A DNA stretch of 64,000 bases from Chiloscyllium plagiosum (lineage: Eukaryota). Made by a program: the position numbers and the translations under genes. The notes beneath the pieces are model-generated. The model was not told the DNA's origin and ran no database searches. It saw only the letters and a program-made list of their open reading frames with translations. Location of the stretch: contig NC_057718.1 in NCBI RefSeq assembly GCF_004010195.1, forward strand, positions 78,002,904-78,066,903, read 5' to 3'. Of the stretch, positions 1-11,448 are shown in pieces (the first letter of the stretch is position 1; every line of letters starts with the position of its first letter).

Positions 1-678
1 ATACTACCTATTTTACAGGATGATATGGAATTTAAAAAAATCAAGGGGGCAAAAAACATATCGATTCTGGTATGGCATTTATGTGGATTGGAGTAAAAAG
101 AAAAATCTCTGCCCTGTGGATGAAGGCATCTCTATACATCTTCTAGTCCTAATTCTTTGTTCAAATCCATCAATTGTCTCAATCTGGGAGATACTCCTGC
201 AGTACTCTTGGGAATCCTATCTATTTCCGGATCCATAATACAATTAAAATCTCCCCCTATAATTGTATGACAAGCACTGAGAGCCATCAATTTTGAGAAG
301 GCTTTTGTTATAAATTTAAAAGGATGTGCCGGGGGGCAAAACAAATTTAAGATCCCATATTCCTCTCCATTTATAAGGACTTTAAATCAAAATATATCAT
401 CCAGATTCGTCTTGTATCTGATTTAGGATTTTGAAAGGAAAATTTTTCCGAACAAGAATAACAACTCTCCTGCTTTTTGAGCTAAAAGAAGAAAAAAAGG
501 CCTGATCAAATCCACCCTGTCGTAATTTCAAGTGTTCTTTATCCAATAAGTGTGTCTCCTGTAGGAGAGCTATATCAACCTTTTCTTTCTTGAGGTTTGA
601 TAATATTTTCTTCCTTTTGACTGGTGAATTACTCCCCTTGACAATCCAGGTGCACCACTTAACCGACCGATCAACCAT
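1..678 (-). pseudogene. L1 ORF2 N-terminus, APE-type endonuclease, frameshifted
   Basis: ATG at 678: MVDRSVKWCTWIVKGSNSPVKRKKIL...DIALLQETHL, then IIGGDFNCIMDPEIDR in another frame (LQETH and GDFN motifs). Confidence 0.88.
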
Positions 679-1386
679 AATCGTCCGGGCAAATCCGAGA
701 CCCCTCGGGAGGGGAAACCCTATCCAGAACATCCTGAGCATAGAGCATATAAAATTCACAAAAATAAAGGCTCTCTAATACACTCACAACAGTATAATAA
801 AAAACTATTTCTAAATAAAACAAATATAAGATGTATTTAAATGGAGATTTTTCCCCCTTGTTCCCAGGGGGTATCACTTCCTTTCCAAACGTCCATCGTA
901 TCCTCTCCCAACCAGTGCCCCACCCTTGACTCAGGCGCTCCTCAATAGAATGAAGAAAATTCAAATATACTACAGAGCTAGAGTTAACAGTGAGCACCCT
1001 ACCCCGCCCCCCACACCAACACCTAGATATATTTGGTAATGTTAATGCCATGTATACACATATATAACTATAAAATTATAGCCTCAACAAGTAATAATTA
1101 AGTATAATAATACAAAATAACAGGGGAAAACAACCCCGCTCCTAAAGACAGAAATAAAATAGGATAAGGTAACCACCTCCCCCCACCAACATTAACTAGA
1201 CCCCCTCAGCCTAAATAAAAAGGGGCAGAAAATCACTAAGTAGAGAACAAATAAATAAATCCCTCTCCCCACCCCCCGAAGATGATATTAAACAGTAAGG
1301 TTAAAAAAAGGGATTAATATTAAAGAAAAAAGGAACGTAAACCGGAGTGGGGGGAGAGCAAAACAACATCAATTAACTCTTACAAT

Positions 1387-2232
1387 TTATCTAAGAGAGT
1401 CCAAAAATTCCTTGGCCTTTTCCGGCGATCCGAAGTTATGCATGGACCCTTCATGGTTAAAGCGTAGCGTCGCTGGGTAGCACAAGGAGTACTGAATATT
1501 TAAGTCCCTTAAACACTTTGCTTCATCAAACGCCTTCCTCTATTGGACCAGAGCTGGGGAAAAGTCCTGGAATAACATAATCTTGGATCCTTTAAAAATC
1601 ATGGTTTGGGGATCTTTCCCAAGATTTCTGGAAACTTCTAAGAGCATCTGCCTCTCCTTATAGCTCTGCAGCCGGAACAGGACCGGGCAGGGGCGCTGGT
1701 TTCGAGCCGGGCCCACGTATTGCAACCCGATAGGCCCATTCCACCCTTACCTGGCCTGATCCATCCTCCAGATTTCAAAGCTGTGGAAGCCACTGTTCGA
1801 GAAACGCTGTAAGCTGGCCTTCCTCGTTCCATTCAGGAAGGCCCAGCAAACAAATATTTTTTCGACGACCTCTATTCTCGAGGTCGTCAATGTGATTCTC
1901 TAAGGTCTGGACTCGCTGTTCAAGAGTCCGGACCCGATCCACGGCTGATTCTGCTATAGTCTCGGAGGTCGCGGCCTTTAGCTCCACCCCTCTGACTCGC
2001 CGCTCAATTTCCTTGATGTCTTGGTTGTGCTTTTGTAGCACGGCCGAGAGTGAGTCCCATCGGCTCCGGGACTCTTCGATGAAGGCATCGATCTTCGCAT
2101 TGAGTTTAGAGATGATTTCCACGAGGCTCGCCACCATAGGTAAGTTCCCCGGGGCGGCTGCGGACGTCTCTACTGCAGTTGGGGAGGGGTTCCTGCTTGC
2201 TGAGAACTGTGGGCTCCCTTCCCTTTAGTCAT
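1387..2232 (-). pseudogene. L1 ORF1 (coiled coil + RRM + CTD), disrupted
   Basis: Heptad-rich segment then DDLENRGRRKNICLLGLPE; later RPCPVLFRLQSYKERQ and IMLFQDFS; split over several frames, ends EFLDSLR*. Confidence 0.85.
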
Positions 2233-2374
2233 TTTTACTGGAGATTAAATTGTTTAAATTCAGTACTAAGAAACTAATTACATTAAGTAAAAACTATTTT
2301 GAATGATTTGGTGAGTGTGGTGGAGGCGGGTAAGTCTTGGGAGGAGCACGATAAACTCATATTTGTTGGGTCGC

Positions 2375-2383
2375 CGCCATCTT
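2375..2383 (-). promoter_or_regulatory. YY1-type motif in L1 internal promoter
   Basis: AAGATGGCG on the minus strand about 10 nt from the element 5' end, as in mammalian L1 5'UTRs. Confidence 0.6.
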
Positions 2384-2518
2384 GGATCCCCCCACGTTCT
2401 TAGTTTTTAATTAGAAATGCATAACATGATCAAGCAGACTCAGCATGGCTTCATGAATAGAAATCATATCTAACAAATTTATCAAATCGTTTGAGGAAAA
2501 GGGATGCAATTCGATGTA

Positions 2519-3211
2519 CAGAGGAACCTCAATTATCCGAAAATTGGATTATCCGAAGGAGATCTTAGGGCCCCAGTAGGAACATTACATCAAAGACGTG
2601 TTTCCAGCAGTGATCGCGTTTCTTGTTTACAGTGATTAAAATGGCACAGTCTCCAAATGACTGACCACCTGCCCTTTCTCTCTCCCCTCTCACTTTCCCT
2701 GGGGTTCTACAGAGGGATGTACCCTAAACCACCACCACCCCCCCACAGATAATCTGACCAACATTGTCCTGTACAGGGCAGAGGTGGAACCTGTCAAAAA
2801 GGTGCAGCAAAATGTTGTGTGCACCTGTGGGGGTGCGTGTGTGCGCGTGCTATTTGGAGACTTACCCCACAAAGGCACCAGCAGCAGTAGTCTTATTGTT
2901 GGTGTGCAGTCCAACTGCCCCGGAGAGGGTGCAGGGGCAGTGCCAGAAGGAGATATCTGGGCGGGGGCAGTGCCAGAAGGAGAGATCAGGGCGGGGGCAG
3001 TGTTGGACGGCGGGGGGAGCAGGGGTGGTGTTGGACGAGGGTGGGTAGGGGTAAGGGGTCGCACGCTGTGGTTCTGCAGTCTCCTGAATGGGGAGCAGAC
3101 TTTAAAAACTCCAAGCCTCAGAGGAAAGTCATTTAATTGATTAACTGAATAATCGATTACCCGAACGAAAAAGTGCCCGCCCATCTTGTTTGGATACTAG
3201 AGGTTCCCCTG
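2519..3211. mobile_element. Non-autonomous Tc1/mariner (pogo/Tigger-like) MITE
   Basis: TIRs CAGAGGAACCTCAATTATCCGAAA and (revcomp) CAGGGGAACCTCTAGTATCCAAAC, 19/24 identical; TA duplication at 2517-2518 and 3212-3213. Confidence 0.85.
2931..3002. repeat. 30-bp tandem repeat (about 2.4 copies) inside the MITE
   Basis: Unit GC(A/G)GGGGCAGTGCCAGAAGGAGA(T/G)ATC(T/A)GG. Confidence 0.85.
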
Positions 3212-3750
3212 TAATGTATTTCGAGTTCTAAAAGATATTCATTAAGGTACCACATGTTTGACTATTTAATTTAAGAGTTAAGGTGTTGGGGTTAGCATAG
3301 TTTGTGGTTAGAGAATTGATTAATTAGTAGAAGACAGACTTGCGATAAGGCAGGCATTTTCAAGACGGCAACCTGTAATTATTGAAGTGCTACAGAGATT
3401 AGTGCTGGGACCCCAATTATTTCTAATATTAATGTGTTGGATGAGGAATGTGTGTGTACTTTTGCCAAAATAGATTGAGAAGGCAAGTTAAGGATGACCG
3501 AGTCTCCAGAAGGAAGTAGACCGATAAAGTAAATGGGTAATAACTTGGAATATAACTTGGGGAAAATGAGGTTATGAATTTGGGAAGGAAAATAAAGGAG
3601 CTGAATTTAAATGCAGAAAACTGTATCAAAGGGATTTGGGGGTCCATTGTGCATGAATCTCAAAATCCTTGCGCCTGCATTAATCAGGCAGGAGGGAACG
3701 CAAGCAATATGTTTTTATTTGTTTGATTTGCAATAAATTTAGGGAACTAA

Positions 3751-3877
3751 GAAAGTGAGGATTGCAGATGCTAGAGAGTCAGTCGAAAAGTGTGGTACTG
3801 GAAAAGCACAGCAGATCAGGCAGTATTCGAGGAACAGGACAGTCGATGTTTTGGACGTAAGCCCGTCATCAGGAATT
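3751..3877 (-). mobile_element. Penelope-like terminal repeat (pLTR) fragment with decayed hammerhead core
   Basis: Similar to ends of the GIY-YIG element at 8144-9425; minus strand ATTC-CTGATGA-CGGGCTTACGTCC-AAAAC-ATC. Confidence 0.75.
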
Positions 3878-3937
3878 TATGACGGCAAAATTAGGGAAGT
3901 CTTGTAAAAACTATAAAAGGTACTAGTTGAGCCACAC

Positions 3938-4555
3938 TGTTGTGAACCAGACCAAACCCCTCAAAATATTCAGAACATAGTCTAGATCCCAACATTTTCT
4001 TATTTTAAAGATAAATGTAAGGTATTGAGTTCCAGATGCAATATGTTTTGGTCAAACTACTGGATTTAAAGGAAAGCCCACTTTGTTCATCAACTATAGT
4101 TAAAATACCACAAAAGGAAGGAATTGGAATGACTATTAGAAAACTTAAGAGTTATGGATGCTATAACTATAACTAATTAACTATTCCAATTTAATAATAT
4201 CCCATAAACTCATCCCTGGCAAAAGACAATTTCAGAAAACTGATTTGTCTCGCATGCAGCTCTCACAGCAGGCAGAGAACCCCCAGCTTTTGGCTGTCAC
4301 CGAGAATGTGGAAAGAATAGCTTTCACCACCTGACCCCAACAGCAACTGATATTGAAAAAACTAAAAAGCCTGGTTCTCTCTGTGGGAGCTTGACCACAC
4401 CCATTCAGGCTGCTTCATTGCAACTTTGTAAAACGAAACCCAAAGCATTCACAAGTTGTTTATCTTCTCGTAGACTGCTCAGCATCTGTTCCTCCAATCT
4501 CCCTCTCAGAGAAACAAGGACAAAGCGCATGTCTTAAAGCCACAGTATTGTCACA
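3938..4555. mobile_element. Solo LTR
   Basis: TGT...ACA termini, 4-bp TSD ACAC (3934-3937 and 4556-4559), splits a CR1 RT motif. Confidence 0.75.
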
Positions 4556-5707
4556 ACACCCAAGATATTATGAATAGTTTTGGTCCCCTTAACAAAGGAA
4601 AGAGGTACTGTCACTGGAGGCAGTCTTCAAAAGGTTTACTGTGTTGATCCCAGGTAAGGAGGGGTTTTCTTATCAGAGTTTGAGTAGGTTGGACTTGTGC
4701 TCATCAGAATTTAAAATGAAACATACAAGATTCTTGGGGAGCTTACAGGGTAGATACCATGAAGTTGTTTATCCTTATGCAAAAACATAGAACTAGTGGG
4801 CATAATCTCAGTTTGGGGTCACCTATTTCAGACAGATTAGGAATTTGCTTTTATTCTCATTATTCTGAAGAATTCTTTACCACAGAGAGGTGTCACAATT
4901 GGGTTATAAAGAATACTCCTCAAAGCTGAGATGCACAGATTTCTAATCCGTATGGGAATTGAGGGTTGCAAGGATATGGCAGGAAAGTGGTGTTGAGAAT
5001 TCAGATTAGCCATGACCTCATCGAGTGACAGAGCAGACTTGATGAGCTGAATGACCCCCTTCAGCTGCTATGTCTTATGAAGTTAAAGTAGCTACAATCT
5101 TCAGTTCAAATACGCACTCTAGTACAGCTGCATCTTCCCTATGATATGGTAACCAGACCTCAAACCGTAATCCAGCTCCGGTTTAAGTAGTTCTAGCATA
5201 AACTTCCAGTTCAGATGCTGTACACTTTAGGTAATGAAGTAAACTTTCCAGCCACTTTCAGGGATCTTTGAGTCATTCACTCCAAGGTTCCTCTGTTCCG
5301 CTATAATTCTTAGCATCGTATTATTTACTTTATATCCTCTTGCTTTGTTAACCTTTGTTAAATGTGGTATTCACATAGTTGGATTTAACTCCCATTGCCA
5401 CTCTAACTCACCTGATCAGTCCATTTCTACCTTTTACTTCCTTCATTATCAACTGCAACCGTTCTTTTGTGGCATATGCAAATTTTTAAAATTCTATCCA
5501 TACATTCAAGTCCAAATCCTTGTTACATTCTACAAAAAGCAAGGGATCGAGTATACTGCGCCTGCAGAAATCTCATTGAATATAGCCTTTGATCTGCAAA
5601 AGCACCTATCAACTATTAGGCATTTGCTTCCTGTCTCTGAATTCAAGTTGTTACACTGCTTTAGATCCTATGGCTGTTTAATTTTGTGACAATTTAACCC
5701 TTGCTTT

Positions 5708-6033
5708 CATAGAATCATAGAATCTACAGTGTGGAAACAGGCCCTTCAGCCCAACAAGTCCACACTAACCCTCTGAAGAGTAACCCACCCAGACCCATTC
5801 CCCTACCCTATTATCCTATATTTACCCCTCACTAATGCACCTAATCTACACATCCTTGAACACTATGGGCAATTTAGCATGACCAATTCACCTAACCTGC
5901 GCATCTTTGGATTGTGGGAGGAAACTGGAGCACCTGGAGGAAAACCGCGCAGACACTGGGAGAATGTGCAAACTCCACACAGTCGCCTGAGGCTGGAAAG
6001 AAACTGGGTCCCTGCTAACCACTGTGCCACCGT
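5708..6033 (-). mobile_element. tRNA-derived SINE (HE1/V-SINE-like)
   Basis: A-box-like head, V-domain-like core GTGTGGAGTTTGCACATTCTCC...GGTTTCCTCC, CR1-type tail with ATTCTATG repeats. Confidence 0.85.
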
Positions 6034-7109
6034 ACTGCAAATTATATCAAATATGCTGTCTTTGACTGACCTTGCCAGCAACTCATAATTGTGAATCTCT
6101 TTAATTAATTACAAACTTGCCTTCACAAATCAGTGCTGATTCTCTTTGGCTAATGTCTTTCAAACTAAGAATTTATCCTGTCCCTAGCCTTTTTTAGTAA
6201 CTTAGACCATCATGGTTAGGCTGATTGGCCTATACTTAACTAAACCATTTCAAATGCAGACTCTCTGTACTTTGGCACCAGATCTGTAACCAGAAGGTTG
6301 TGAAATTATTATCAAAGATTTTACTAGTTCTTGGAAATCTTTCGCTTTTTCAAGTAGACGCAGATACATTTCATCGGGGTCTGTGTGTTTATCCACTTTC
6401 AAAGATGTTAAATCCCTCAGTATTCTTGTTTTAATTTTGGTTAATAGTGCACATTTCATTTTGTTCATTACAATGTCTCTCTTGTTCCTTTTATAAAACA
6501 AGCACAGGGACTTCATTAAGAACCAAACCAACATCTGCAGCTTCCCACAGGTTACCCTTTGGCCCTAATATACCGTGCCCTTTAGTTATCTATTGCTCTT
6601 GTGTGTTTATTAAATTACTTGGTTTTCCTTCATTTTACATATCAGTCCTTTTCCATGTTCTCTTTGCTTTCCTTTCAATTTCATCTATATACACTTTAGA
6701 CTCCTTTCAGGTTTTCTGCACTTTGAGTGCTTTTTTTTGTTCTTTATCCACTCCTTTAAGTACTTTTATCCAGGATACATAAATTAGAAATCATATTTGT
6801 ATGATACATGGATTAGTCAAAATAAATGTTGAGCTCCAAGAAATGTTAAGTATTTACTGTGAGCCATTGCTGTGTTTTTCAGCTTGCTAGATCATGTGTC
6901 TTTCAGTCATGAGATGAGCAAAATTGGGGATGTATGGAGTTGATGGACTGGGTAAATTATACAGTCCCTGGAATTACCTTAATTTTCTTTTCTTTACCTT
7001 TGTTCATTTTAGGTTATTTTTGACTTGAAGCACATCTGATACTGGAATGTGCGGCAATTAGCTCATATGAGGCAGTGGTGGGAGTGAACATTGTGATACC
7101 ATTGTAAGG

Positions 7110-7670
7110 GTCCAAATACCTTTTAAATTTTGTAAATGTACCCACCTCAATTACTTCCGCTGGCAGCTCATTCTGTATGTGCACCACCCTCTGCAAAAAA
7201 AACGTTGCCCCTCAGGTTGCCTTTTATTCTTTTTCCTCTAAACTTAAACTGATGCCCTCAATTCCCCAAACCTGGAAAAAAGATGGAGTGCATTCATCCT
7301 ATCCATGCCTCTCATGGTCTTGTACACTTCTATAAGTTTCCTCCTCAATCTCCTATGCTCTAAAGAGAAAATTCCTAACTTGTCCAATCTCTCGCTATAG
7401 CTCAGTCCATTGAGTCCTGGCAACATCCTTGTAAGTTTCTTTTGCACTCTTTCTAATTTAATAACATTCTTCCTATAGCAAGGTGACCAAAACCAAACAC
7501 AATATTCGAAGTGTGGCCTCACCAACATCATGTACAACTGCAGCATAACTTCCCAGCTTCTATATTCAGTATACTGATAATGAAGACCAGTGCGCCAAAA
7601 GCTGCCTTCACTGCTCTGTCTACCTATGACTCCACTTTCAGAGAACTGTGCACCTGAACTTCAAGGTCCC
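7110..7670 (-). mobile_element. CR1 LINE 3' fragment
   Basis: ORF 7244-7546: LQLYMMLVRPHFEYCVWFWSPCYRKNVIKLERVQKKLTRMLPGL. Confidence 0.9.
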
Positions 7671-7727
7671 CCAACTTGTGTTTACAAAGGAGAATTACCT
7701 GTAAATCTATTTTGACTTTGCGTAGTG

Positions 7728-8040
7728 AAATGTGGTGGCTTAGTGGTTAGTACTACAGCCTTGCAGCACCAGGGTCCCAGGTTCGATTCCAGTCTCAGGT
7801 GACTGTGTGGAGTTTGCACGTTCTCCCTGTGTCTGCATGGGTTTCCTCCGAGTGCTCCGGTTTCCTCCCACAGTCCAAATCTGTGCTGGCTAGGTGAATT
7901 GGCCATGCTAAATTGCTCATAGTGTTAGGTGCATTAATCGGAGGGAAATTGGTTTAGGTGGGTTACTCTTGGGAGGGTTGGTATAGACTCGTTGGGCCAA
8001 AGGGCCTGTTTCCACACTGTAGGGAATCTAATCTAATCTG
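7728..8040 (+). mobile_element. tRNA-derived SINE (HE1/V-SINE-like)
   Basis: A box TGGCTTAGTGG, B box GGTTCGATTCC, V core, AATCT tail repeats. Confidence 0.88.
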
Positions 8041-8143
8041 AATTTTCCAAATGCCTCCTAATTGAGGTTTTAAAGCTCCATCTAGTGGTAGACGTATGCA
8101 GCTGCTGGTTTGATTTGGAATTTTGATAAGTAAGACATGTTTT

Positions 8144-9425
8144 GGAAAGTGTGATACTGGAAAAGCACAGCAATCAGGCAGCATTCAAGGAGCAGGAGAG
8201 TCAATGTTTTGGACATAAGCCCTTCAGGAATGTGGAGGGGGAAGGAAGTTGAGAGATAAATGTGGGGGTGGTGCTGGGGAGGGGGGGTGGGTTAGGTCGG
8301 TGAGAAGGCAATAGGTGGATGCAGGTGGGCGTGATTGTGATGGGCAGGGTGGAGTGGATAGGTGGGAATGACGATGTGCAGGTAGGACAGGTAAAGAGGG
8401 TGGTGCAAAATTGGAAGATTGGATCTGGGATGAGGTGGGAGAGGGGAAATTTGGAAATTGGTGAAGTCGATGTTAATGCTGTGTGGTTGATGGGTACCAA
8501 GGCAGAAGATGAGGCATTCTTCCTCCAGTTGGTCAATGGCTTTGATTTGGCAGCGGAGGCTGCCTAGGCCTTTCATGTCCTTGTGGGGAGCGGGAGGGGG
8601 AGTTCAAGTGCTTGGCCAGAAGGCGGTGGGATTGTTTGGTGCATATCCTAGAGATGTTCCCTGAACTGCTCCACAAGTTGGTGTTTTGTCTCCCCAATAT
8701 AGACGAGACCACATCGAGAGCAACAGACACAGTAGGTGAGGTGGGTGGATGTGCAGGAAAATATCCGGATTTGAAATGATCCTTTAGGGTCTTGGATGGA
8801 GTTGAGGAAGGGACGTGTGGGCACAGGTTTTACACCTTGTGCGACGGCAAGGTAAAGTGTCACGTGTGGAAGCTGGGTTGGTGAGGGGGCATGGACCTAA
8901 CAAGGAAGACAATAAGGGAATGGTCTCAGTGGAAAGCAGATAGTGGCAGAATGGCGGAAGATGACGTGTTCTGTCTGGAGGTTTTTTGGGTGGAAAGTGA
9001 GGACCGGGGGAGTTTTATCCTTGTTGCAATTGAAGGGATGGGGTTTGAGGGTGGAGGTGGAGAAAATATGTTGGAGGGTATTGACTACGTGGGAGGAGAA
9101 ATTGCAGTTCTTGAAACAGGAGGACATCTTGAATGTCCTGGAGTGGAATTGAACCTCCTGGGAGCAGATATTGGTGGAGTCGTCTTTCCCACCTATCTGC
9201 CCCACCTATCCGCTCCACCCTCCCCACCAACCTATCACAATTACCTCCCATGTGCATCCACCCGTTGCCGCCCCAAACCCCCCTGTTTATCTCAGCCACC
9301 TTTCCTTTCCCCATTCATATTGAAGGGTTTATGCCCGAGACTTTGACTATGCTGCCTGACCTGTGCTTTTCAGCACCACAATTTCCAACTCCGACTCTCC
9401 AGCATCTACAGTCCTCATTTTCTAC
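8144..9425 (-). mobile_element. Penelope-like element, 5'-truncated, with GIY-YIG remnant and inverted terminal repeat
   Basis: CTSTHLTYCVCCSRCGLVYIGETKHQLVEQFREHL (8648-8863, minus); 9185-9425 is an inverted copy of the 8144-8370 terminus. Confidence 0.85.
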
Positions 9426-9526
9426 CAAAAGACATGTGCAGATATAGCAAGATTTAATAATGGCCCAGAAATTCAAATCAAGATTGGAAATCCTATCACT
9501 ATCCCTGATCTGACTGGGGAAAAGTA

Positions 9527-10130
9527 CTCATAGAACATTACAGCACAGTACAGGCCCAACAGCCGTCAGTGTTGCGCTGATCTGTGAAACCAATCTGAAG
9601 TCCATCTAATCTACACTATTCCATTCTCGTCCAAGTGCCTATCCAATGCCCAGTTAAATGCTCTTAAAGTTGGCGAGTCTACTACTGCTGTAGGTAGTGC
9701 CTTCCACACTCCTCCTACTGAGTAAAGAAACTACCTCTGACATCTGTCATATATGTATCACCCCTCAATTTAAAGCTATGTCCCCTTGTGCTAGCCATCG
9801 CCATCCAAGGAAAAATGCTCTCGCTGTCCGCCCTATCTAACCCTCATTATCTATGTCTCAATTAAGTTACCTCTCAACAACCTTCTCTCTCGACAGAAAC
9901 AGCCTCAAGTCCCTCAGCCTTTCCTTGTAAGACCTTCTCTCCATACCAGGCAACATCTTAGTAAATCTCCTCCTGAACCCTTTCCAAAGGTTACACATCC
10001 TTTTGGGAGTACAGTGATTAGAACTGTACGTGGTACTCCAAGTGTGGCTGCACTAGAGTTTTGTACTGCATGTGGTTCTGAAACTCAATCCCTCTACCAA
10101 TAAAAGCTAACGCACCTTATGGATTAGCTA
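9527..10130 (-). mobile_element. CR1 LINE 3' fragment
   Basis: CR1 3'UTR-type tail and nucleotide similarity to other CR1 RT C-termini in the window. Confidence 0.75.
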
Positions 10131-10744
10131 ACACACTCACTTTCATTTAAATGACTTCACAGCTGAAGATTCCAGAAATCATTGAATCCAGCAGCACAAA
10201 TGGTCATTGTAGCAATCATGCTGCTTTATACAGTACTAGGTGCTGTATTTTGTCACATAAATGTCCATCAGAAACTTGGTAGTAAGTGAAATGGTAAGTA
10301 TGTAAGGTAACTGAAGGGGGTGGGGAAAGTAGCGTGCAGGTGAGGGCAGTGTCAAAAGACCCTTCAAGCCAGCTGTCCCATTCAATAGGATCATGGCTGA
10401 ACTGACATTCCTTACATTCGTGAGTTATAGGTTCAGTTTAGTGGTAACCCAGGAGCTAGAGTAGATTTTATTACTATTAAGCCTAAGTCTGCTGGAACCC
10501 TCCTGAAGACTTTCTGGGCAAATCTTGGAGGATTCCAGATAAGGAAGTTTACCATTGGCCTTTTCAATTTTTTGGGCGGTTGCCTTGGAGCCTGCAGTGT
10601 CAATTCTGCATGGTTCCAATGCACAGGTCCAGTCTACACTGCTCTAATGACAAATCTGGCTGTTATAAATTCACTCAGCAATTTTTTGTCAACATTTTGA
10701 ATGATGAATCAAACAACAGGCTTAAAAAACTTAAGTGGTGTACA

Positions 10745-10832
10745 CAAACAAAAACAGAAATTGCTGGAAAGGTTTGGCAGCATCTGAAGAGAAATCAGAG
10801 TTAACGTTTCCTCAGTTACCCTTCCTCAGAGA
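10745..10832 (-). mobile_element. Penelope-like pLTR fragment (second family) with hammerhead-like core
   Basis: Minus strand CTGAGGA-AGGGTAACTGAG-GAAAC-GTT-AAC; similar to 26140-26240. Confidence 0.65.
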
Positions 10833-10944
10833 TGCTATACAGTTAGTCATAATTAATCACATTTGTCATCACTAGTTATGAATTCAGATAGGTGGTGTGT
10901 AAATTCATCAGAAAAATGGACAATCATAATGCGGTCTGAACATG

Positions 10945-11448
10945 CTGTTCTAGGAAGGATGTTGTAAAACTTGAAAGGGTTCAGAAAAGATTTACAATGA
11001 TGTTGCCAGGGTTGGAGGGCTTGAGCTATAGGGAGAGACTGAATGGACTGGGGCTGTTTTCCCTAGAGTGTTGGAGACTGAGGCGTGACCTTAGAGGTTT
11101 TTAAAATCATGAGGGGCATTGATAGGGTAAATAGATAAGGTAGATATCCCTCTGGGTGAAGGAGTAGAGAGTATAGGTCTGGGGTGAGAGGGGAAAGATT
11201 TAAAAAGGCCCTAAAGGGCAACATTTTCATGGTGTGTGGTGCATATATGGAATGAGCTGCCATAGGAAATGGTAGAGGCTGGTATGATTACAACATTTAC
11301 AAGGCATCTGGATCTGCGTGAATAGGACGGGTTTAGAGGGATATGGGCCAAGTGCTGGCAACTGGGACCACATTAATTTAGGATATCTGGTCAGCATGAA
11401 CGAATTCAACTGAAGGTCTGTTTCTGTGCTATACAGCTCTATGACTAT
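10945..11448 (+). mobile_element. CR1 LINE 3' fragment
   Basis: RKDVVKLERVQKRFT-type sequence through the CTCTATGACT tail. Confidence 0.85.

Larger units (their letters stand above)
1..2393 (-). mobile_element. L1-clade LINE, 5' portion (5'UTR, ORF1, inter-ORF spacer, start of ORF2); runs off the window
   Basis: Minus strand begins GGGGGGATCCAAGATGGCGGC, followed by ORF1-like and APE endonuclease-like reading frames in L1 order. Confidence 0.9.
2400..5080 (+). mobile_element. Old CR1-like LINE RT/3' fragment interrupted by three nested insertions
   Basis: Degenerate QHGF..KS.LTNL, DVMY..F.K.F.KVPH and LY..LV.PH..Y..FWSP remnants; continuity is restored when the inserts are removed. Confidence 0.75.

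Noticed and set aside
2690..3184. Three overlapping ORFs of 94-164 aa
   Set aside because: Inside the GC-rich MITE and its tandem repeat; low-complexity translations, no transposase motifs
6985..7110. Strong-looking acceptor at 7011-7012 in unique sequence
   Set aside because: In the required phase 1 it reads GT TAT TTT TGA (immediate stop) and resembles no afadin sequence; a poison exon cannot be supported without RNA data
7728..7800. tRNA-like A and B boxes (also at 50870 and 59040)
   Set aside because: SINE heads continuing into V core and CR1-type tail, not tRNA genes
10425..10619. Minus-strand ORF containing KLPYL, like afadin EKLPYLVELSP
   Set aside because: Wrong strand and no further similarity; coincidence
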